Source of the DNA: an uncultured Clostridia bacterium
GTDB taxonomy: Bacteria; Bacillota; Clostridia; Christensenellales; Aristaeellaceae
Direction of reading: 5' to 3'
Assembly: GCA_946407745.1 (NCBI GenBank)
Contig: CAMJPQ010000002.1
Location: 21,787 to 85,786, forward strand
Length of the DNA stretch: 64,000 bases
Shown here: positions 56,977-64,000 of the stretch, in pieces
Layout: the number at the start of each line of letters is the position of its first letter
How positions within the stretch are numbered: the first letter of the stretch is position 1
Program-made: the position numbers and the translations under genes
Notes under the pieces: model-generated
Seen by the model: the letters and a program-made list of their open reading frames with translations, nothing else
Told to the model about the DNA's origin: nothing
The model's database searches: none

Positions 56977-57837
56977 ATGAATACCATCTCGCAGATACTC
57001 TCCTCGCCCGGTGTACACCTTTCCTGTGAGGTGTTTCCTCCCAAGCAGTTCAGCGGCATTGCGCAGGCGGCAAAAACCGCAAAGGAAATCGCCGCGCTGC
57101 ACCCCTCGTTCATGTCCGTCACCTATGGCGCCGCAGGTTCGACACCGGGGCATACACTGGCCATTGCCCGCGCGGTGGCGGAAACCGGTGTCACGCCCCT
57201 TTGCCATCTCACCTGTGTACAGTCCACGCAGGCTCACGTGACGGAAGTACTGGCTCAGATGGAGTCGGAAGGTATCCGGAATGTGCTCGCCCTGCGCGGC
57301 GATCTGCCGCAGAGCGGAGAGCGTGCAACTGACTTTCAGCACGCGGAAGACCTGATCCGTTTCATTCATGAGCATGGCAGCTTCTGCGTCGGCGCGGCCT
57401 GCTATCCGGAGGGGCACCCGGAAAGCATGTCCCGCCAGTCTGACATGGACTACCTGCGGCGCAAAGTGGACGCGGGTGTCGATTTCCTGACAACACAGAT
57501 GTTTTTTGACAATGCGCTGCTGTACAATTTTCTTTATCGGGCGCTGAGAGCCGGTATTGAGGTACCTGTTTGTGCGGGCATCATGCCTATCTGCGACCCA
57601 AAGCAGGTAGCAAGGGCAGTCAAGCTTTCCGGGTCGATCATGCCGCCGCGCTTTGCGGCCATTGCCGACCGCTTTGCGGACAGTCCGGCCGCGATGACAC
57701 AGGCCGGTATCGCTTTCGCGACGGAGCAGATTGTAGACCTTGTGGCGAATGGAATTCGGCACATTCATCTTTACACAATGAACAAACCGTGGATAGCGCA
57801 GAAAATCTTCTCAAACCTTTCGGAGATCATCGGATAA
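56977..57837 (+). CDS. metF: Methylenetetrahydrofolate reductase
   Basis: 286 aa. Contains SCEVFPPK, SVTYGAAGST, NVLALRGD and FLTTQMFFD. Confidence 0.85.
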   Translation: MNTISQILSSPGVHLSCEVFPPKQFSGIAQAAKTAKEIAALHPSFMSVTYGAAGSTPGHTLAIARAVAETGVTPLCHLTCVQSTQAHVTEVLAQMESEGIRNVLALRGDLPQSGERATDFQHAEDLIRFIHEHGSFCVGAACYPEGHPESMSRQSDMDYLRRKVDAGVDFLTTQMFFDNALLYNFLYRALRAGIEVPVCAGIMPICDPKQVARAVKLSGSIMPPRFAAIADRFADSPAAMTQAGIAFATEQIVDLVANGIRHIHLYTMNKPWIAQKIFSNLSEIIG

Positions 57838-57840
57838 AAG

Positions 57841-58317
57841 ATGGAAAGCGATCGAAAACGGCTGCTGCAGTGGGGATGTGAAGCCTTCCTCTACCCTGCC
57901 GGCACCCTTCTGCTGGGTTTGTGTGCCATGCTTTTTCTGCAGGCCATTGGTCAGGGGAAGGGGATGTGGCTGCTGCCGCTATTGTCACTGCCTGTAGCGA
58001 TTGTGACTGTACACTGCTTTGGCTGGATTCCGCTGCTGGTTCTGAGAGACACGCTCGCAGGTGTGACTCAGCGGCAAAAGATTCAAATCAAAAGCATGAG
58101 AAGGGATCGTATCCACAGTCTCAAACGGCTGGGACTGCCGGAGAACAGGCGCCGCTATGTGCTGACGGATCAAAACGGACACTGCTATTACCTGCTGGCC
58201 ACCGACTCGGAGCGCAGGCTGCTGCTTAGCCATCCTTTTTGCAGTGTACAGCTGACATACGGCTTGCACAGCAGGGTTGTAACCCGCCTTCTTCTGTGCA
58301 CAGAATCGTCTGCATGA
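57841..58317 (+). CDS. Hypothetical membrane protein
   Basis: 158 aa. Two or three N-terminal hydrophobic segments, then a basic soluble tail. Starts 3 nt after the metF stop. No family recognised. Confidence 0.4.
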   Translation: MESDRKRLLQWGCEAFLYPAGTLLLGLCAMLFLQAIGQGKGMWLLPLLSLPVAIVTVHCFGWIPLLVLRDTLAGVTQRQKIQIKSMRRDRIHSLKRLGLPENRRRYVLTDQNGHCYYLLATDSERRLLLSHPFCSVQLTYGLHSRVVTRLLLCTESSA

Positions 58318-58327
58318 AGCAGAACTA

Positions 58328-58346
58328 TTGAGGAACCACAATAAAG
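58328..58346 (+). repeat. Copy A of a 19-nt direct repeat (TTGAGGAACCACAATAAAG)
   Basis: 16 of 19 positions identical to copy B at 58545-58563. Lies 11 nt after the stop of the upstream gene. Confidence 0.5.
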
Positions 58347-58544
58347 ATCTGACAATAGCCACCGAGGCTCAGCAACAGCCCCGGTTTTTTGTTGCAACCG
58401 CTTCTGTCTATTCAGTATCTTGCCTTTTCTACTGCCTCAGTTTGCAAACCACACACCTTATTTCATGCCATTTCAGTCGCCCAAAAGCTGTTTTCAGACA
58501 AGTTTTGTAGAATTCGTTCAGCAGTTATGGTATGATAAGCACCG

Positions 58545-58563
58545 TTGAGAAACCACATCAAAG
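58545..58563 (+). repeat. Copy B of the 19-nt direct repeat (TTGAGAAACCACATCAAAG)
   Basis: Lies between a TGgTATGAT extended -10 (58528-58536) and the GGGAGG RBS of the ABC ATPase gene. Confidence 0.5.
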
Positions 58564-58583
58564 GACTACAGGGAGGTACTGAC

Positions 58584-59327
58584 ATGATTCAGTTTATAGA
58601 AGCCACAAAAGTCTACGGTCACAGCGACAGGGCTGCGCTCGATCATCTGACGCTGACGGTTCCTCAGGGCTGCGTGTACGGCTTTCTTGGGCCGAACGGC
58701 GCGGGCAAGACAACAGCCATCCGCCTTCTCACCGGCGCACTGAAGCCCACCAGCGGCACTGTGCTGGTGGAAGGCATCAATGTGGCTGACGAGCCGGTGA
58801 AAGCCAAACAGAAGATCGGTTTTGTGCCGGACAGCCAGGAGATGTACGATAAACTGACCGGCTATGAATACATTGGCTTCATGGCGGATGTATTTGGCGT
58901 GAGCAAGCAGGACAGGGCCGAACGGGCAGAAAAATACCTGAAAATGTTTGAACTGGCGGACGCCGCCGGGCAGCGGATTCAAAGCTATTCCCGCGGCATG
59001 AAGCAGAAGATTGCCGTGATCGGCGCACTGATTCACGAACCGCCGGTCTGGGTACTGGATGAACCCATGGTCGGCCTGGATCCCCGCGCGTCCTTCCTGC
59101 TGAAGGAGGAGATGCGCCGACGCGCTGAGGCCGGCGCCACCGTCTTTTTCTCCACCCATGTGCTGGAGGTTGCGGAAAAGCTTTGCGATCAGGTGGGTAT
59201 TATCCAGCGAGGCAAGCTGCTTTGCGAGGGCACTCCGGAAGAATTGCAGCACCGCGCGGGCGATGAGAGCCTCGAGCAGGTATTCCTTGAGATGACTGCT
59301 TCGGGCGAGGAGGCAAAGGATGAATAA
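58584..59327 (+). CDS. ABC transporter ATP-binding protein (ABC-2 type)
   Basis: Walker A GPNGAGKTT, signature YSRGMKQKIAVIGAL, Walker B VWVLDEP. The start is set at ATG (MIQFIEA) after GGGAGG. Confidence 0.85.
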   Translation: MIQFIEATKVYGHSDRAALDHLTLTVPQGCVYGFLGPNGAGKTTAIRLLTGALKPTSGTVLVEGINVADEPVKAKQKIGFVPDSQEMYDKLTGYEYIGFMADVFGVSKQDRAERAEKYLKMFELADAAGQRIQSYSRGMKQKIAVIGALIHEPPVWVLDEPMVGLDPRASFLLKEEMRRRAEAGATVFFSTHVLEVAEKLCDQVGIIQRGKLLCEGTPEELQHRAGDESLEQVFLEMTASGEEAKDE

Positions 59328-60996
59328 ATACTGGCTGTTGACCCGCCTGATGACAAAGAACCTGCTGCTGGGCATGAATCCCTTTACGAAGGCTGCCGGA
59401 AGCGGAAAGGACAAGGTAAAAAGCATTGTCAGAGGCCTCTTTATACTGATCATGATCGCCGCCGCGCTCGCCTCTGTGGTCTATGTGGAATATGTGATCC
59501 ACAAAGCGCTGAGAACCGTAGGGCAGCGGATGCTGCTTCCGGGACTGGCTGTGCTGATTGCCATGGTCTCCACCCTTGTGCTGGGGCTTTTCCAGGGCAT
59601 CTCTGAACTGTACCAGGGCAAGGATGCACCATGGCTGGCTGTGCTGCCCTTCACCTCAAGGCAGATTTTTATGGCGAAGATGACCACGCTGTATCTGTCG
59701 GAGCAGCTGATTAACCTGGTCATTATCACACCGGCCTTTGTACTCTATTGCCTCGGACAATCAGCCTGGCCGATGCTGGCACTGCGGGGGCTCATTGTGG
59801 CCCTGCTGGTGCCACTGATTCCTCTCTCTGTGATGGCGCTGCTCTCTTCGCTGCTGATGCGTATCGGCGCATTTGCGCGTCACAGGGACACCGTTGTCAT
59901 GATCCTTTCCATGGCGCTGGCGCTTGCCTATTCCATCTCGATTACTTACTTCTCCAACACGATACCGGATGAGAATGCTTCCAGCTTTTTCATTCAGCTG
60001 CTTCTCAGCAGAGAGGGCTTGCTGAATGCGCTGCTCAATGCTTTCCCGCCTGCACTTTGGGCTGTCCACGGCTTCATTGGCTCCTGGAGCGAGCTGGCGC
60101 TGTTCTCCCTTGTATCCATCGCTTGCATTGCAGCAGTTGTGCTGCTGTGCGGAGGCGCTTACCTGGACCAGACCCTGCAGCAGAGTGAAGCCACTGCAAG
60201 CTCCAAGGCCAGAAAAGGGAGTGCCAACTGGAAGCCCCAGTCAACTGTAAGGGCACTGATGCGGCTTGAGTGGCGCGAACTGCTGCGTACCCCTGCCTGG
60301 GCTATGAACGGACTGTTCGGTGTTGTAATGTTCCCCCTGATGTTTGTGATCGGTTTCATGGCCGGCACATCCAGGGTGGAAGGCGGTATATCCACACTTT
60401 CGGAGGATTTGTCCTCCCTGATCGCAGGCGTACATCCCGGTTATCCTATCGTTATCCTGGCTGCTGCCATGTGTGTGGCCTCCATGGTCAATCCCGTGCT
60501 GTCCACAGCCATCTCCCGCGAGGGCGGACGGTATCCATTTGCCATAACCCTGCCCGTACCGCAAAAGAAGCGCTTCACCGCCAAGCTGCTGGTCGGCATG
60601 GAGATCAATGTGCTTTGCACCCTGATGATCCTTCTGGTTGGCGAAATGATGTTCCGTTTCCCTCTGTGGGTGGCGCTCGCCGCATTCGCGCTGTCCCTGC
60701 TGATTTCCTTTGCCGCTGCGGCAGCCTCCCTTGCGGTGGATGCACTGCATCCGTCCCTGAAGTGGGTCAATGAGATGCAGGCGATTAAATCCAACTTCAA
60801 TCAGGTCTTTGGAATGATCCTCTGGGTTGTGCTGGTCGCATTGTGTGTTGTCGTCAGCGTGCTGCTTTGGGACAAGGGCGGCCTGGCAGTAGTGCTCGGT
60901 GTGACGGCTGTAGCGCTGGCTGAGACCCTCATCGCATGGTTTGTACTGATGCGCCTTGCCGCTTCAAAATCTTATCTTCCTGAAAACATCGATTGA
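59320..60996 (+). CDS. Polytopic ABC-exporter-type permease (hypothetical)
   Basis: 558 aa with at least 10 hydrophobic segments. The start overlaps the ATPase stop by 8 nt. Confidence 0.6.
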   Translation: MNKYWLLTRLMTKNLLLGMNPFTKAAGSGKDKVKSIVRGLFILIMIAAALASVVYVEYVIHKALRTVGQRMLLPGLAVLIAMVSTLVLGLFQGISELYQGKDAPWLAVLPFTSRQIFMAKMTTLYLSEQLINLVIITPAFVLYCLGQSAWPMLALRGLIVALLVPLIPLSVMALLSSLLMRIGAFARHRDTVVMILSMALALAYSISITYFSNTIPDENASSFFIQLLLSREGLLNALLNAFPPALWAVHGFIGSWSELALFSLVSIACIAAVVLLCGGAYLDQTLQQSEATASSKARKGSANWKPQSTVRALMRLEWRELLRTPAWAMNGLFGVVMFPLMFVIGFMAGTSRVEGGISTLSEDLSSLIAGVHPGYPIVILAAAMCVASMVNPVLSTAISREGGRYPFAITLPVPQKKRFTAKLLVGMEINVLCTLMILLVGEMMFRFPLWVALAAFALSLLISFAAAAASLAVDALHPSLKWVNEMQAIKSNFNQVFGMILWVVLVALCVVVSVLLWDKGGLAVVLGVTAVALAETLIAWFVLMRLAASKSYLPENID

Positions 60997-61015
60997 TATT
61001 GGCTTTTCTCCGCAC

Positions 61016-61080
61016 AAAGCAGGCAGCGGCATCCGGCAGAGGCACGGAGCCGACTTGCCTGCTTTTCTGTGCCTTTTTTC
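61016..61080 (+). terminator. Possible terminator after the ABC permease
   Basis: AAAGCAGGCA (61016-61025) pairs with TGCCTGCTTT (56-65 of the same kb) across a 30-nt loop, followed by TCTGTGCCTTTTTT. Confidence 0.35.
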
Positions 61081-61088
61081 AGCAGAGC

Positions 61089-61117
61089 TTTTCAAATCAC
61101 GAGAAGCATGCTACAAT
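61089..61117 (+). promoter_or_regulatory. Candidate queT promoter
   Basis: TTTTCA (61089-61094), 17-nt spacer, TGcTACAAT extended -10 (61109-61117). Confidence 0.45.
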
Positions 61118-61193
61118 GTGCTTCGCGGCGCTTGTGACTGTTATCACTCTGCGCCGTAAAAAACGCGCAACGCGCGATGAAAGGAGCATCTCT

Positions 61194-61718
61194 ATGTTCA
61201 AGAAGATGCTGAACACCCGTTCCCTGTGCTATGCCGCTGTGATCGCGGCACTGTACACCGCACTCACACTCTTACTTGCGCCAATCTCCTATGGCAACCT
61301 GCAGTGCCGTGTCTCTGAAGCGCTGACGATTCTTCCGGTGATTCTGCCTGAGGCGATACCGGGACTGACAGTTGGCTGTCTTCTGTCCAATCTGCTAGGC
61401 CCTTCGGCGGGGCTGACGGACATCATCTTCGGTACACTTGCCACATTACTGGCCGCTGTAGGCACCTATTTCCTGCGAAAAAAGTGCCTGACCCTGCGAC
61501 TTCCCTGGATGAAGGAAAAGAGCAGCCTGCCGCTCCTCTCCGCCCTGTGCCCCGTGGTATCCAACGGCATCATCGTAGGCCTGGTGCTTTCGCTGTCGTT
61601 CAACCTTCCCTTCCTGATCACAGCGCTCGAAGTCGCCGTCGGTGAGGCTGCAGCGCTGCTGATTGGACTGATACTGCTGCCAGCCATGAAACGCCTTTAC
61701 GCACAGTTGAACAAATAA
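61194..61718 (+). CDS. queT: QueT-family queuosine-precursor transporter (ECF S component)
   Basis: 174 aa from ATG 61194, which follows AAAGGAG. Contains AVIAALYTALTLLLAPISYGNLQCRVSEALTILP and IPGLTVGCLLSNL, which match the QueT family as I recall it. Confidence 0.75.
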   Translation: MFKKMLNTRSLCYAAVIAALYTALTLLLAPISYGNLQCRVSEALTILPVILPEAIPGLTVGCLLSNLLGPSAGLTDIIFGTLATLLAAVGTYFLRKKCLTLRLPWMKEKSSLPLLSALCPVVSNGIIVGLVLSLSFNLPFLITALEVAVGEAAALLIGLILLPAMKRLYAQLNK

Positions 61719-61831
61719 GTAAAAGAACAGAAGGCGCGCAGAGCAATGATGCCCTGTGCGCTTTCGTTCGTTTATTATCTTTTTTTCTCCTGATCAAAGC
61801 GTTCTTCAGATTCGTATGAAGTGCCCCAGTG

Positions 61832-63034
61832 TCAGTTTTTTCCCACATTCAGATCGCCGCTGTGGGATGAAAAATCAATCTGTATCGGCGCGGTGTGAGA
61901 TTCACTCAGTCCGTCTGCTATTGTGCAGTCACCGCTACGCGTATGCTGGTTGATGAAGACAGTATCCACCCATTCCGGCAGGCTCACCTCAGCGTCACCA
62001 CTGACTGTTTTCATGTGAATCCGGGCAGTGCTTGCATTGCCTATGTCATTCAGGTCGAGCTCCATGTCTCCGCTGATTGATTGCATATCAACGCGCTTTG
62101 TGCTGCTCAGATACGCTTCCTGATCTCCCGAGACTGTATTGACTGTCACGTCAATTGCTTCGCCGTTCATCTCAGAGTCGCCGCTGGTGGTCTTCAGGCA
62201 CAGATCTCCGGTTTTTCCTTCCCAATGCACATCTCCAGAAACCGACTTCAGTTTTGTAACGTCTGCTGCGGCCTCAACGACAATATCACCGCTCATGGTC
62301 TCCGCTGTTACACTGGCAGCGCGGATCCCCGCCGGCAGCAAGAGTGTCAGATCACCGCTTGTGCTGCTAAAAACAGCTTCGCTTACCTGAACGTCCTGCC
62401 AGCGAATATCCCCGCTGACAGTTTTTAAATGTGCTACTGGGCACAGACACGCGGGAAGTGTTACTTCAGCGCGATTGTCTACAAACTGTACAGCGCTTGA
62501 CAGGGCCTGCCCGATGCCTTTGCCTACCTGCGAGAGCAAATCTGAAAAACTGTTTATGTTTCCTTCAAAGGTAAAAGCATGTTTCTTTTTTTCAGTTGCC
62601 GTTGTAACCTGATAGATTGTAAGCACGCCGGCATTCATTTTTGCCCGCACGTTACCATGACAATTTAAGGTAAAGCTGTTTTCAGAGGCAGCGACTTTCA
62701 GATCAGCATCCCGCAGTGATGCCTCAACACGTTTGATATCTGCCGGGTTCAGGTGCAGGAAGGTATCATCCTCTTCTTCAGCCTGCGGCTCACAGGCAGG
62801 TTTTGCAAAAGGATCCTGCCCGGCCCTGGGATAATCGGCAAGCACCTGTTCCATTCCCTTCAGGCTCTCAACCACAGCGGCAATCGCGTCGTCCTCGTTC
62901 ATACCGGAGGAAACGAGGTCAGAAAAGCGTTCCTGGCAGTTGGTCAGCACTTCGTCGTGAAGCGCGGTGACTTCCTCAGAGGGAATAAGATCCTGGAACA
63001 GCAGTTCAACTATTCTGGTCACAGTATGATTCAT
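61832..63034 (-). CDS. DUF1700-like N-terminal helical domain fused to a DUF4097 beta-strand-repeat domain
   Basis: 400 aa. N-terminus ...LIPSEEVTALHDEVLTNCQERFSDLVSSGMNEDDAIAAVVESLKGMEQVLADY. About ten (V/T/M)SGD(I/V/L) repeats in the C-terminal part. Confidence 0.7.
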   Translation of the reverse strand: MNHTVTRIVELLFQDLIPSEEVTALHDEVLTNCQERFSDLVSSGMNEDDAIAAVVESLKGMEQVLADYPRAGQDPFAKPACEPQAEEEDDTFLHLNPADIKRVEASLRDADLKVAASENSFTLNCHGNVRAKMNAGVLTIYQVTTATEKKKHAFTFEGNINSFSDLLSQVGKGIGQALSSAVQFVDNRAEVTLPACLCPVAHLKTVSGDIRWQDVQVSEAVFSSTSGDLTLLLPAGIRAASVTAETMSGDIVVEAAADVTKLKSVSGDVHWEGKTGDLCLKTTSGDSEMNGEAIDVTVNTVSGDQEAYLSSTKRVDMQSISGDMELDLNDIGNASTARIHMKTVSGDAEVSLPEWVDTVFINQHTRSGDCTIADGLSESHTAPIQIDFSSHSGDLNVGKN

Positions 63035-63060
63035 AGCGGCCTCCTTCAGACGAAATCAGT

Positions 63061-63435
63061 TTATTCGTTTTCCACCGTGATTTCAATTTTGGGCGCACGG
63101 CCGGGAAAACTGAGGAGCCTGTCCAGCAGTCTTCTTGTCTGCTGCCACTGTTCTATGTCTTCCTGCGCCTTTTCATGTCCGGCGGGCGTGAGGGTGTAGT
63201 AACGGCGCCTGGCACCAGCCCCTTCAGTGCCCCAATAGGATGCGATCAATCCCATCTGTTCCATACGCCGGAAGGCTGTGTACAGCGTGGCTTCCTTCAT
63301 TTCAAGCTGACCGCCGCTCAGTGCATTGATTTGCTTGCTGATAGCGTAGCCATAGCTGTCCCCTTCCGCAAGCTGGCACAGAATCACTGTATCTGTATAC
63401 CCTCTCAAGAGGTCAGATGACAATGCCAAGCTCAC
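63061..63435 (-). CDS. PadR-family transcriptional regulator
   Basis: 124 aa. Contains LRGYTDTVILCQLAEGDSYGYAISKQI and RRYYTLTPAGHE. GTG at 63435, or TTG at 63429 which has better spacing to GGAGG. Confidence 0.85.
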   Translation of the reverse strand: MSLALSSDLLRGYTDTVILCQLAEGDSYGYAISKQINALSGGQLEMKEATLYTAFRRMEQMGLIASYWGTEGAGARRRYYTLTPAGHEKAQEDIEQWQQTRRLLDRLLSFPGRAPKIEITVENE

Positions 63436-63602
63436 CTCCCCCTTTCCCGATTCGGAATGGATAAAATGCTCTCCACAACGTCAGGAAGCATATGGAGGTA
63501 TTTCTCATGCAAAGGAAACGTCCAACCGTTAACCCCCGCAAAATCAGCTGAATTCTGACGTGACTGGTAAAGCGGCGAGGAACACAGCTTCATATTACTC
63601 AT
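63432..63602 (-). CDS. Unlisted 56-codon ORF translationally coupled to padR (hypothetical)
   Basis: My own translation is MSNMKLCSSPLYQSRQNSADFAGVNGWTFPLHEKYLHMLPDVVESILSIPNRERGR*. AAAGGAGGGAGG ends 4 nt before the ATG (63602). The TGA overlaps the padR GTG (GTGA). A promoter lies directly upstream. Confidence 0.35.
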   Translation of the reverse strand: MSNMKLCSSPLYQSRQNSADFAGVNGWTFPLHEKYLHMLPDVVESILSIPNRERGR

Positions 63603-63626
63603 CCAGCCTCCCTCCTTTCGAAATAT

Positions 63627-63655
63627 AATATATCATGCAATACCTCGTCTGTCAA
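63627..63655 (-). promoter_or_regulatory. Promoter of the small-ORF/padR/DUF4097 operon
   Basis: The minus strand reads TTGACA (63655-63650), 17-nt spacer, TGaTATATT extended -10 (hexamer 63632-63627). Confidence 0.5.
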
Positions 63656-63664
63656 TGTATTAAA

Positions 63665-63684
63665 ATTAGAATAGTATTAGAATA
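63665..63684. repeat. Direct repeat ATTAGAATA-GT-ATTAGAATA (11-bp phase) just upstream of the padR-operon -35
   Basis: Exact 9-mers at 63665-63673 and 63676-63684. Confidence 0.5.
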
Positions 63685-63792
63685 ATGTACTGATCTTGTA
63701 ACTCAAAACATGTGCGCAGTTAATGCAGCTGACTGATGCTACGTTCGGTAACCCGTAATGTCCCTTCAGGCACTTCTTTAAATCTCGCAGCC

Positions 63793-63821
63793 TTGACAAG
63801 ATAAGAGACTGGCTTTAAAAT
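63793..63821 (+). promoter_or_regulatory. Candidate promoter of the last (truncated) gene
   Basis: TTGACA (63793-63798), 17-nt spacer, TAAAAT (63816-63821), followed by an approximately 145-nt leader. Confidence 0.45.
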
Positions 63822-63967
63822 AGAATAAATAATGATGTGACAGTATAGCGTATCACGTCACTTCCTGACCGAAACAAAACAATCATCGTCAGGTGTGTGA
63901 ACCTGAACCACTGTGAACATCCCTGCCCATCACATTTACCCTGTATGTCCTGAAAGGAGCTGCTGCA

Positions 63968-64000
63968 ATGAAACGACTGCTGGCTTTGCTGTGCGCCCTG
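63968..64000 (+). CDS. 5' end of an exported protein gene (signal-peptide-like MKRLLALLCAL...), truncated by the window edge
   Basis: ATG lies 8 nt after AAAGGAG. Only 11 codons are visible. Confidence 0.4.
   Translation, partial: MKRLLALLCAL

Noticed and set aside
58465-58548. 27-codon ORF (MPFQSPKSCFQTSFVEFVQQLWYDKHR) in the gap before the ABC-2 exporter, considered as a bacteriocin or leader-peptide candidate
   Set aside because: There is no Shine-Dalgarno sequence upstream and no leader/double-glycine or Cys-pattern features. It also overlaps the predicted promoter.

Overview
This window looks like a chromosomal segment of a fairly high-GC Firmicute. The gene content and protein families (DUF4317, DUF815, fused BcrAD-type activase, QueT, PadR/DUF4097) fit Clostridia, possibly Oscillospiraceae/Ruminococcaceae, but the taxon is an inference only. 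Positions 1-3641 are the right-hand end of a prophage sitting against the 3' end of tRNA-Trp(CCA). It carries two small lysis-cassette membrane proteins, a dUTPase, a decayed C5-methyltransferase and a tyrosine integrase broken by an in-frame TAG, so the element appears defective. The rest is mostly core metabolism and DNA/protein maintenance: leuD-leuB, gyrA, a membrane pyrophosphatase, clpB, parE-parC, a CBS-type soluble pyrophosphatase, a LysR gene plus metA, mutS2, a U32 peptidase, zapA, ppiB, coaX, an AlaX-type editing protein, metF and queT. Scattered among these are poorly characterised modules. (i) Four same-strand genes for exported proteins at 29.9-38.2 kb, including a 1241-aa zinc-ribbon/TM protein with about 22 copies of a 37-aa repeat. 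(ii) A self-contained MacB/FtsX-type ABC operon at 40.3-43.5 kb, with a small Cys/His membrane protein, a 20-residue His/Glu tract in the permease and a CPFC lipoprotein; I read this as a candidate metal-handling system. (iii) A PadR / DUF1700-DUF4097 operon with an unlisted 56-codon ORF translationally coupled to padR. (iv) A pair of small membrane-associated proteins at 18.1-19.1 kb. (v) A low-GC multi-pass membrane protein gene at 45.6-47.2 kb. I found no rRNA, CRISPR array, transposase or recognisable defence/toxin gene. All promoter, terminator and operator calls are by-eye motif matches and carry modest confidence.
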